Of a stretch of DNA of 64,000 nt, positions 36,645-49,549 are shown piece after piece. The position numbers and the translations under genes are program-made. Source of the stretch: Lingula anatina (lineage: Eukaryota > Animalia > Brachiopoda); NCBI GenBank assembly GCA_051362555.1, contig CM120640.1:44928788-44992787 (forward strand), written 5' to 3'. The notes beneath the pieces were generated by a model. The model was given only the letters and a program-made list of their open reading frames with translations. It did no database searches and was not told the DNA's origin. Numbering within the stretch: the stretch's first letter is position 1; every line of letters begins with the position of its first letter.

Positions 36645-39600
36645 TTGCTGATGCATAAACAAATTTCAATACCCATGTATTCAAACATGACAAAAACTAT
36701 ACTCACAATTACCCATGCTTATGTATTTCAATACATCTTCAATAAAGTCATGGATAACAACATGTATATATATATATCCACTTAAAATGTGTGGCACTTG
36801 ACTGCCCTTCGTGATATTTCAAAGAGTGCTATTTTCTCAAAGCAAGTTAAACTGACAAGGGTCAACCGATCTGCAACCCGAACAAGACTCTAATGTCGAT
36901 AAGAGTAAACTAACTGAATAACCTCAACATTAACATCAATATATGCAATCACTGTAAAATTCTCAAAACATTCACCCAAATATTGCACAGCTGACAATAG
37001 GCCATGTTGCTCTCACAGACCCCTGGAAATCCCAGTGCTTCCTACAATTCCAAGGACGAAAAATCCATGCCATGTCATTTTCACACCCTCCAGGTGACAG
37101 AGCAATTTCTCAGAATGCTCCTTGAGATTCTCTGAGCATCCTACTGACTACTGAGAGCTTTAATCAATTGCTCTGCTCATGATCAGCCCACAAGAATAAC
37201 ATTATGCAACTAACAAATTGAAAGAATCATTCCAGTTGAACGAGAAAGCAGAGAAAACACTCTGTGCAGATCTTTCGTGAGCCCCATTGGTTTGACATCA
37301 GAGCCTGGCAAAGTATTGACAACACGTGGCACGTATTTGTTGCTTCCATACGGCGTATAAAAGAAAGTCAATCAAGTAATGTTTGCTTACCAACTTAGAA
37401 ACATTCCCATTTTTCTCCTCAAGCTTTTTGTACAGACTCTCACTTTCTATTCTTCTTTGGGTCACTTCAATTTCCTGAAAGCCAAGGGAAAAATAAACAT
37501 CACAACCATTTTATCTGTCAATGAATTAAATGGTGGAAAGTATTACAATGAATGGTTCATAACCTGCCCAGAATCAAATCTGTCTGCATTAATTTATATC
37601 TCTACCATTGTAAGGTTTTCAATTTCCTGCAAGCTGGAAAATAACAGAGTCCTGTCAGGTTGGTTGAAAGGGAAAGAATAGGATGATTACTTCTAAGAAC
37701 AAATAAGTCTTAGAACTTGAAAAGATTTTCTTGAATTGAATATTTACACTTTGCTGAGTCATGGACAGTACTAATTTGACATGGTCAAGATGAGAACGTG
37801 AATTGATCCAATATGCATATCATTAACCCATTGTTTTCAGAGACAATCCATGCTCTTTCAGTTGTTTAATTTTTCCTGCTTTGTTTGACATATGGGCTAC
37901 AGCAGAGTCCTTAAGATCAAAACAATAATTTCTATAGAAAATTAACTACATGAATATAGTGAAATGGGCTGAATTTTCAGTGAAAATGAAGTTATGCCAG
38001 GAGATTTAAAACATAATCAGTAAACACTGATTTTATAAAAACATTACGTGGTTATTATAGGTTTGCAGACAAAAAATTTTTTTAAAGGCCAATAAGAATG
38101 AAAATATGTTCTCACTATATGTCTGTCTGTCTGACTATCAGTTTGCCTGTCTGTCTATTCTTTTTCCTCAAAACACGCTTAAAATGTTCCCTTAAATAAA
38201 TCAAACACAATCATACAGTGACCAAGCAATTCCCAATGTATCTAACTGCATGATGTAAAGCATTCAACTATATGCTCAACAGTACTTTCTGTCTGTGCCA
38301 AAAAAGGGACTAGGTATACTGACTAGACCAATTTGAAAAGTCCCATGTAGCACACTAATCACCAGAAGTCATATGGACACAAAAACATTTCAATCAAAAG
38401 TACTTCAGGCTGTATCCCAGTGTTTCAACTCCTTTATGTGAAGTATGAAACTCAGGAAGTATCATTCCAGGACACATGATATCTGCTTTTCAGACATAAT
38501 GCCACATCAACAAATTTAATTTCAAACTGAGAGTTGCAGAATTACCGTGCTTAATGGCTATAACAGCGATAATGGTTGTTTTACCAAGTTGCCATAAAAA
38601 AGGGACATTGGTGACTTCATGCTGTGATGGCAAGTAACACAAATACTGTATGACATGGTTTAGATTTGGTAGGAACTGTGATTTATGCAAGTAAATCTTT
38701 TCTCATCTCACAATTTATTAATATTCTTATCAGACGAGATGTCATCAAAACATGAAAGTTCTATAAAGGATATTTGGCCCAACTACAGACTATTGAACCT
38801 GTCATTTCATTAAATGCAATATGAAATAAAATGCTGCAATCAGTGACAGACATCTTTCAAGGACACAGAAGAAGAGATCTGAGAACTAAGCAAAAGAAAT
38901 ATAACCATCATTAGTTTTAAGTAGGATGCAATGAATGCTGCTTTCATGACAAAAACCAATGTTTGCTGACCAGACATTTATTCCAATGAGTACCCTTTCA
39001 TAATCTGAACTAATGGATATTTGCTGTCTAGACTTAATTTGAGCAAGCTGATATTTTCAAAAATTAAAGAGCAATACACAGTGGATAACCAATTTTCTAG
39101 GGTAAATCATAAGGCAGGATAGGATCTGCATTTCTGATAGCATCTGGTATTGGGTGAAAGCAAGAAGCAATAATCAATGGCTTACATCACATTTGCTGAA
39201 GGCTCCTTTCCCTATCGTATAGTAGAAATCAATCAAATTCTTTTAAAAAAAGTCCACAGACTCCACTTTTTTTTAATATCATGAATTTGCCAACTGATGT
39301 ATCTAACAGCACAATGCTTTTACATTTTCAAATTTTTTAGCTAGAATCATCAGATTTTTTTCTTTTTGCTATTTTTGTTGTTAAGCATATCTTTATATTA
39401 GGCAGTGCTAATACAGATTTGCAGGTTTAAATCAATTGTCTATATATTAAGTAAAATGACTTTGGCACAAATGACAACAAAAAGCACAATGACACTAGGA
39501 ATGTAATTGTGTACCATTAGGAAACATGATACCAAAAGATATCAGATATCTTTCTCTGAAAAAGCACATTTATATTATGTCAAATAAGAGAGGCAAAACG

Positions 39601-42432
39601 TGAAACTGTCAACTCAAAAGTTTTACAGTCACAATTCCTCTTAACATTGTCTGACTTCGCAATAAAGCATACTTAAAATAGCTACTTACTGCCAAACCCT
39701 AAATTAATTAATCCTTATCTTTCTTTTCTCCTTTTTTTTCAACCTTAAAGAACTAGTTCCCATTACAGTCAATTCTAAAAATCCATAACTCTATTTCTTG
39801 GAAAATGTTTGAAAGTAATAAACAATTACCCCATTGAAGGCAGAACGCAGGGACCGCAACATGGTCTATGTTGAAAACTGGGAGCCAATTCCTCTGTGTG
39901 ACTTAGGTGTGGCTAAGCTCCTAACTCTTTAAACTGCATAAAAGTTCTGTCCTTTCTGGTGGATTGAAGGCATTCTTGTTATAACACCTCAACCACAAAT
40001 ATCTAACCAATCTATTATGGCGAAGTGTAGATCAGATATGTATATATTCATATATATGTGAAGAGAAGAAGCAGGATCATTAGCAGCTTACTGTTGGTTT
40101 CATTGACGTCAATAACTGCCAGGGAGTTAAGGGCTTGAATCTATACGTCTTCACATGCCACTGATGGCACATTTTATATAGTCCACCAATATAATTATAC
40201 ACCATTTATAACTCAACACAAAACTAGTATTGGCTTTCTCATCAAATTGCTGTGCTCTGATACCACCAAATTAAATACTTGGTCTGACTCTATGCCATCA
40301 TGTGTAATGAAACCCTAAGAACTGGTCAGAGATATCAATACCATTACTCGGACACATAATCATTCCTTTATGGCCACCACCAACTTTAGCACAATGGTGT
40401 TTAACCTGGCAAATAATTCGAGTCTAACATGCCTGTGACTTTTCATAGTTAAGATGGCATTCTGCATGTCCCTGGGCCATAGGCATTGATGTGAACTGCA
40501 ACAGATGTGGTTACCTACTCGGGTGTCTAAAAAATAACTTGGTAATGAACTAATACTCGGTGGAATAACAGTCGCAGAAGCCTAATTTACCAAAATTACA
40601 TAAATGCTCTGCTGCTATGGCAGTTAAGCTTTTGTGTTTCATGCTGTAGCAGTCTATTGAAATAAGCCGAGTTCTGGATACTGGAAATAATACTGGTTTG
40701 ATGTTTATAATGGAGACAGTGGTAGCATGGATATTAATTCATGTGTTATCTATATTTTCTCAAAATAATTATTATCTTTTTCTTATAATTCACCGTTAAA
40801 TGTTCCTGGGATAGAGTGAACAATGCAGTTATGTTTTTCATAAAATAACACTATTCTTGAACCAAAGAAGTATTTAAGAATGAGAAAATGAAGTGATTAT
40901 CAAGTTATATGCACCATTACCAACATGTAGCCCTGAAACTACATCAAACTGGAATCTAAAAAACAAAAAAAAATTCTGACTTGAATACTGGGGACATGAT
41001 TCCTGAGATATCCACCACAAAAATACTTTGCAAAGTAGCTAATTCTTTAACACAAGGACGGAACCAATCATCAAGCAGAAAAACAAAAAAGTTTCCAATT
41101 GTTACAAGAGAGTATTGTGCAATACCAGTGCTGTAAAATGAAATAATTATTCCCAAATGATCGATAAAGTATCTTTAAATGTCCGAAAACCTACCAGTTT
41201 CTCCAGATCCCTGGTGGCCACTTCTGCCAGCTCTATCTCCCTCCTCAGGGACTGATTCTCCTCTTCCAAGGCAACAACATTACTGCGGTTGAGATCTGAA
41301 TTCCTGGAGGGACTCCTGCTGCCCTGAAATATGACGCAGAAGGTGCATTTAAAAATAGGGAGATTTTTCAAAGGTAAATTGCAAATATGTTTGTGTGTGC
41401 TTTTCTCCTCTCAGAAGCAGGAATAATAAGGCTTTTGGTGTGAATTTCTGGCAAGATTTTTTATTCCTAAAAATGTACATCTAAAAGATGCTTAAAGAGA
41501 AAATGAAAAGAAATACATGCATATCTGTATACATGTGTCTCTACATAAGCACCATTGGGCATGTATATTGCATGAATTCAAAGCATAGTTTGGTAACAAC
41601 TCAAAACCATCTAAACATTTTATTCTCAATGTGACACCCTAAATTTTTGCTATGCAACAATTGCAAACCAGGTAGTTGAACCAGATTTCAACTAAGATCT
41701 CTATTAATTAAGCTATGCTAAGAAAGCAGCAGGAAAAGTAGATATTGCAGCTATTGTGTTCATAACATGCACATAATCATTTTTCTCATCGAAAGTAACA
41801 TGAACCAGTATATTAAAAAAATTTCAACTCAACATCCAAATCATATATTTTAAATTGTCTAGGATGACAGGAAGAGAAACACAACTGATTTTTAAGCTTT
41901 TTTCCAGGTCAATCCCATCTGTGCCAACAGTCTCCCACAGTCAGTAACCTCCTGCCCAAAGGTACTATTTAAATCTACTCATAAGCTTATTATCCTTCTA
42001 ATTGAAAGCCCCATCACATTTCTTCAACTGTTTAACTAGGGATGACAGATGGAGAAATAACCTAATTTCTAAATGCTAAGGGAATTTCAGATCATGTTTT
42101 TTTTTCTTTTGACAGAAAGGCATTCATTCTTTTATGCTTTTTCTCAGTAAGGCAGGTTTTGTTTTTAATTGTAATGTCTGTTCACAATTTTTCCTAGTAT
42201 CTGGGCACTAAAGTTCAGCTATGATCACACTCTAAAGCATTTGAAAACAAGTACACACTTGATTGGATTGAAAATAACGAGTTCTTGTTACTGAGGATAT
42301 CCTGTCTACAATTCATACACGTCACTAACTAGAATGATGGATACATAATCATTTCTTCATTGTTACGGTTACATGTTACCTAAAATTTCATGATGTAAAA
42401 TGAAGAAATGCACGTTGAAATAATATGATGAA

Positions 42433-42483
<51 letters not shown>

Positions 42484-45400
42484 ATGTGCGTGTGTACACT
42501 TACTTACATAGCCAAACCTGAGTAAATATAAAAATTGTGTTACAACTGCCAGCTCAAGGTGAAAATGAAAGTCCTTTATTCATTTTGTGCCTATAGTGGA
42601 CTCTTTAAAGACTTGAACATTGTTGTTAAACATTCTTTTGTGTAATTTATTTTCTCTTTAAATTTTAATTTATAGCTCTTACTTGTTTAGACTGCATGGC
42701 CACCTGTCTTTCTAACAATAGTCTCTCTCTAGCTGCCTGCTTGATGATAGTCTCCAGTTCTTCTCTGTCCTCAAAAACACCACTGTTCTGTAAAGGTAGA
42801 AAAAAAATAGCTGTTAGCAAATGGTTTTGTTCTAAGATTATTGTATCTACAGTATTTGTGAAATAAAGGTGAGATTGCATGATGGCAAAACAATCCTCGT
42901 TTATCACCGCCCACTTCAATAACATGAGCAGCTTCTTACAAACATTTCATGTGAAAGGGAATCAAGTCGACTAGACTCTTACATGTTGAAATAAAAAATA
43001 ACAATGAAAACAGGATATCATGTATGCAATGGGTATACAAGGCATAAGCTTTACTTCAATTTTTGGCCACATGTTTCATGCTAACACATTTCACACTAAC
43101 ATACAAGAACTGTTTGCCATACTTGGATCTTCCTAAAGCTATCTGCCATAATTGTCTGTCTAGATATGTCACATCACCTGTCAAATCACAGATAATGACA
43201 GACATCTTATTAATTAATTACATTAATGCCTTCTGCAGTGATTATACACAGGATGTCTATCCATCAATTAGTAGCATCAGCATTGTTTAAAACACTACAG
43301 AGATGCCAGCAATGGTACCCTGTATGTAACTTGGCACATAACCTCAGCCATCATTTACAAGCATTTACAGGCAATAGCATAGTTAATGTAAATTTTCTTT
43401 TTTGAAAGCCTCAATTTTACTCTTATAAATAAAATTGAACAGTTTTTTAAAATCATATTTGAGATCACAGTGATTTATTCCTTTTTTTATTTTTGATTTT
43501 ATCATTATTTTATTTATTTTTTGCAAATAACTCACTAATTTGCTTATTTGTTTAAATGTTAAGAGAGCAATATTCCATCATTTCAGTGGGTAAGCTTCCA
43601 TAACAGTGGGCAGCTATTTTCTTATTTTTGAAAATAAACAGCCTATTAAAGAGAGTAAGACACTGCAACTGCTGATACTCAAAGAACAGGATATTGGATC
43701 TTTACTCTACTAGCAAGTATTCTGAAACTTCAAATTTACATTCAATGACAATAAAAAATTGCCTGAAAGACATAGATTTGCTCATATTGCATACCCCAGA
43801 TAACAGCAGGTAGTGCAGGCAGAACTGCACTTCACAAAGTTTAAGAATGTGTTAGTTGTGACTTCTTCAGTGTAAGAGGTGCAGAAAAGTTTCAAAACAA
43901 CCAGTAAGAGAAAAACACAATAATTTGTTAGGTGACAAATATATTGTATACCCATCCATAACTAAATGGAATGGTTTAATGCTAAAAATTAGAGGAATTA
44001 GGAAATCATATGAAGCTAAGGAAAGAGCAGGAGGCAACAAGCAGTTCTGATCATTTTTCTATCTCACCCCTGCATTAGTAATACTGTTACTGAGCTGATC
44101 AGCAAGGTCTTGGCACTTTTTCCTCAGTGTTTCCACCTCCTTGTCCTTGGCAAGCATAACCTTGGCATGTTCAGCCAGATCTTTGGCACGTTGGCGGGCA
44201 AATACCCTCTTAACATGGTCAACATCTTGACTACCATTACCACTGTCTTTGGACTTCTAAAAAATAATTAGATGTATTTATGAAAGATTTCAGGTCAAAA
44301 TAATTTGTGAAGCATATGGTATTTTCAATTGACTCAGCCAAAGCATGCCTTTTAACAGCATTTACATGTCAGTATTTAGTTCAGAAACTTGCCTTCTGAT
44401 CCTGAAATATAAGAGCACATATAATATAATAAGAAATTTTATATGTATCATATACATCTGATATGATAAACATAACATAAAAATTCATGAAAGAAAACCT
44501 ATAAAACAAGCACTGTAACAAGATTAAAGTTAAAATTCAAAACCCATGATCTTTTTTTGACCAGTTAACTAGAAGCTGTCATTCTGAATAAATAAACCTT
44601 TATATGGAGGGGTGATGTCAAGATTAACCTTATGGGTTAATCTTTAACTATGATATTCATTCAAATCAAAGGAAATCATTTCATTCTGAAACTGTCAAAA
44701 AAATGTGGCTGTGAAAGTTATGGTTTAAATTTTAACTATGATATTCAGTCAACTCAAAGGGAATCATTACATTCAGAATTTGTCAAAAATTGTAACTGTG
44801 AAAATTCTTTTAAGTATAAGTTTTAATTAAATTCTCAGTCAATATGAACAGAAAATATGTATACCAGTATAATGTGCCAGGTAGTAGTTCTAAAGCTGAC
44901 GCTATTTCTATATATAAAACCACCAATCAAATAGAGAATACCACTATAAGTGAATTATGTTGATTTAAACCTAATGCTATCACAATGATATATATTATAA
45001 TATTACTCTTTCATATAAATCTTCATAACACATACCTTGGCTGACATATCCCTCTAAAGTCATAAAAAGCATATCACATATCAATTATTCAAGGAAAGAT
45101 ATTAATCTGTGGCTGGTACACGTTTTCTGCTAGGTTATGTTACACAATGTAGTCACTGGGTATATCTTTCCCTATATCTAACCCTCTTTACTCCAAATGC
45201 AGTGAAATTCAAGCAAATTCTCAATCTCACAGAAGTTTGTCAATAAGTTAAGGAAGTTATATTCACAGATCCTTTCTTATCTTTGAACCATTTATTACAG
45301 TATTCACTGTATAGGACTGTGCCTATTTGAAGTTTATCTATCCCCATACTCCTGGACAGATCAAGAGGACCACAGGTGTCTGGACTCAGAGAGACTTGCA

Positions 45401-48400
45401 CAGAGCAGGGGAGCATCTGTCAGGCATTCACTCAGTCTCACTGCTAACGACATCCTTATTCCATGCAGGGAAAAAAAAAGCTCAGTTTCAGTGATGAAAT
45501 TCTTCTAATGATAACTATATTCACAGACACAGAACTGTCCTCCATGTACAATGAATTTTTAATTTCAAAGTATACACAATATTTCCTTCAAGCTGCAGAT
45601 ATTTAAGTTTAAACAGCCACTGACAGTGGTTTGGCTCATAAAGCACTTGATCATGATGACTAATAATATGCTGGTTATATCCTGGAAACAAAAAATCCAG
45701 TTATCTATCCAGGAAAATATTTTCCAAGAAGCTATAAGCTTCCACATATTTGTATTCAAGGTAACAATACCCTTAAATTTATCACCCATGTGATCCAGCA
45801 TGTAGCCATGCGTCTAGTCCTGACTCAAATAGCATGTACTATGTTGTGCCATCACAACTTGCCTGGAAATACACAGTAATATGATCTTTGAACTCTACCA
45901 GCATACCATAAAGTATCTAAATATGCCAAATGATGTGCAGGTGTATAAACTTATATGTATTTAGTATGTATTTATTTGTATTGACTCATAACATCACACT
46001 ACGTCCTGAGTTCAAGTACTTGTGCAACTGCAACTGACAGGAGAAAAAAATCCAGGTAATAATAATATGTTGCCACCCTGATAATTTCTCATTGATTTCA
46101 ATCTTTGATTTTCTGTCAGTCTTTACTATATAAGCCTACAACTTGAGGATGCCTTCTATAAGCTGATGTGTCAGCTGGTGAAAACTGATAAACTTACTAA
46201 TCCCAAATACAGACAACAGGAGTTCATTCAGGAAAACTTGAACTTAAGTATTTACACAATATGTTTACAAAATTAATCTTTTACGCATTTAATTATCATA
46301 TTATTACAAATATATTCTGACATAATACTTGATATCTCAGAATTTAATTGTCATGATATGACAGATAAAGCAGATGTAGCATGCACAGTAATGAAGTCAT
46401 ATGACCTTTGACATTATAGACGTCTGCAGCATTTGCAACATGCTTTGAAGGTATAAGCAGCCATTGCTTCAGAATTTTTGAGAAATAAAACAAATGAAAA
46501 AAAGCAAAAAAAAAAAAAAAATCATACTTTTTTGTTCAATATGACATCATTTAGTTGGTCATTGAAAAATATAACACATTATACTCGACTAACTTAATTT
46601 TTGTGTCTTGCCCTTAAATACTTCTCAGCAAAAATATTACTATTACAAATTCAGTTGTAAGGCTGTTAGACAAAATATACTTCCTGCCAAGAAGAAAGAT
46701 TTAATTATAGCAAGAATGCTATAACTTCCCCTGGAACTGTTTACTTCTACATATAGAAAATGATCTGTGGGGTAAAACAAAGAATTCTTAACTTAAACAA
46801 CCTTTGTTTGAATGATGCTCACCTGTTGTTCTTCCATTTCTCATCATATCCATCATATATCCATCAGTGACAAAAATATTGGCTCATAAATTTGATTGAA
46901 ATGTAGCCTACATACAAATGCACCTCTCAAAAAGAATTCTATATATTTTCAACATCATGTTGCCATGACTAGTTTATTTCTGACTTAACCAACCTAGACA
47001 CTGTCATGAGTTTTGAATAAAATCGCTTAGTAGATTACTTATTCACATGTTATGCTGGTACCCAGATTCAAATGATTTTAACCCACACCATACTAAAATA
47101 TTTTGGTCTCTTTAATGGCAGACTACATTAGATAATAATGCACTTGCAACAACTCTCTTGCAAACAACTCTCTAAACATATAGCAAATCTTGTTTGTATT
47201 ATTTCTATTCTTTAAAAATCAAAAACTCAGTTAACAGATGCCAAGCAAGAACTATGAACTCAGCCCACAGAGTGCCTTCTCAAAACCATAAGTAGGAAAA
47301 ATACCTTTAAGTTTTCCTGCTGTAATTGTTTGGCTTTCTCTTCCAGTCTTCTAGCTATGGCTGCCAATTCTGCATTTCTCTTTTTTAATTTCTTGATCTT
47401 TTCCTCTGCAGGAGACTGGTCTTGAGATTTCTTCTGAAAAGATCAGGGAAACTCTGAGGAATGATGTCCAATATACACATGTATATATAAGTAGATTTTA
47501 CCTGCAGAATTGCAACATGGCAACTGTCAAATACAGCTGGTTTAGAGTGCACAGAGTGTTCTGTATTATTTAAAATTCTAGAATATCTGAATGTAAGCCA
47601 CAGTAAAGGAATGCAATTATACTGATCCCATTTTCTTTCTTGACCCTCCTTTCTTTTCTACTTTTCATTAATTTATTCATTCATCATTTAAGTAAATTGA
47701 AAAGCTAACTGTCATGTGGGTAGATATACAATTATTTTTCTATGACAGCTGATTAAAATGCCACTGTTTATACTAAAGCAGAAAAGTAAATAAATTAATT
47801 GGTACACATGCTGAAACATTCCAAAATATAACTAACATACAAATAATCAATAAACACTATACACTTTTTCATTTTGCAATATTCACAGGAAGAAGCTTAC
47901 GACAAATGTAACAAAATTGTGATTTTTGACTTCAGTAGATACACAAAATATAAACATAAAATTCATAGTTATAATATAAGCAATAGTATTTGAAGTGTTC
48001 CATATCTGGTATACTGTAACTAAAAAAGGCCCCTCGTAACTTAAAGTACTTGGGTAAAGTCGGGAAAATTTTGTGGTCCATGATATTGCTTTGAAAGGGG
48101 GTGTGCAAGAATTAAGCTGATTATACTGAGTGCACCTTAGCAAGAATCCCTGTCGAGATAGATCGATCCTGCTAGTATGATAACTTCTATTCTGGATACA
48201 GCCTAAGACACTTGCTAAGGAAAGCCTACTGAACATCATATGATTATGGATCTATTTAGGACTATCAGTCCATGCCAAAATTGACAAGTGGCAAATGAAT
48301 TCTCTGCTGCACTCTGTTATATAACATGAACAGCAACAATACCACCACTTCATTTCAACCACTAGTGACCTCTAAATGTACAGAAGCTGTTATAAAGTAC

Positions 48401-49505
48401 CCATATATTCCACCAGAACAAGTGCCTGGATACTATGTGCTACAGTATTATTCATATCACAGCTTCTCATCCAGTATTCAAAGCAACAAAAAAAAAAAAA
48501 AAATTATCAGTGTGTTATCTTGTGCTGTTGCATGTTATGTAAAAGGTTTAGAACCTATGTCACTTTGGATAACTCTGCTAATGTGAGAAAATTAATTACT
48601 TTATCTATAAAGAATTTAACATGATAGTTAATAAAGTGACACTATGATTACTTACCACGATATAACCAAATCACGGCAATATTGAAATAAATTACAAAAG
48701 AAACACCTGAAACCTCAAAGGCAACTTAGAAGGGATTCCTTTTTTGTTTTTACTACAACCTGAATTATAGGAAAACAAAATACTCCAAGAATCAATTTTT
48801 TTTCTACTGTGATCACTAAACAAGGATAACAATTTCTTATCATGTACACACCAATACTTCATTTTCAGCCCTCAACAGGGAAATGCTCTCCTCTAACTTT
48901 TGATTCTGGGACGTCAGATCCTTCATTTTCCTATGTTGAGATCTGTCACGATCATCCGAGTTATGATTTTCCTGAAAAAAGATTAAGATAAAAGATTTAA
49001 AATCAGAATTAAATAAAACTGGCATTACATCTGCAATATATTCTGAACCAGTGCCAGGCCATTTGCTGCCCACTATGCACAAAATAGATAGGTATTAAGC
49101 TTTTCTTTTAAACTAGTGAAATCACCAAAATGATGCCGCAGTAGATCTTACACCTGATACACCTGCTTACTGCCTCAAAACAGAAAACCCAATAGTATCT
49201 CTTACAAAACAATGGAAACTAAAATGAAACACGCGGTAAAACAAATAAACACCTGCCTTGCTCATGGCCTTCAAGTGATTTCTGATATATAATTACCAAC
49301 ACCAACACACTGAATGCATTGCTAGACCTCATCTTACATGTAGCACCTGACATATGTGGTGTTATACAGGTGTGATACACCAACTAAATATATGGTGTTA
49401 TAATCACTAGTCAGTTATCTTTGATTATGACATATTACATCTCAAGTGAGCATGGTGGAGACATTACCATATTTTACAGCTATGTAGAATATCAAGTTAC
49501 AGAGA

Positions 49506-49549
<44 letters not shown>

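Noticed and set aside
36478-36785. HT/CV-repeat ORFs (also at 49442 and 57286)
   Set aside because: Translations of (TG)n microsatellites.
45036-46837. Very short ATG-donor exons MSAK (45047-45036) and MEEQQ (46837-46823)
   Set aside because: Phase-compatible but too short and without promoter cues to distinguish from chance.
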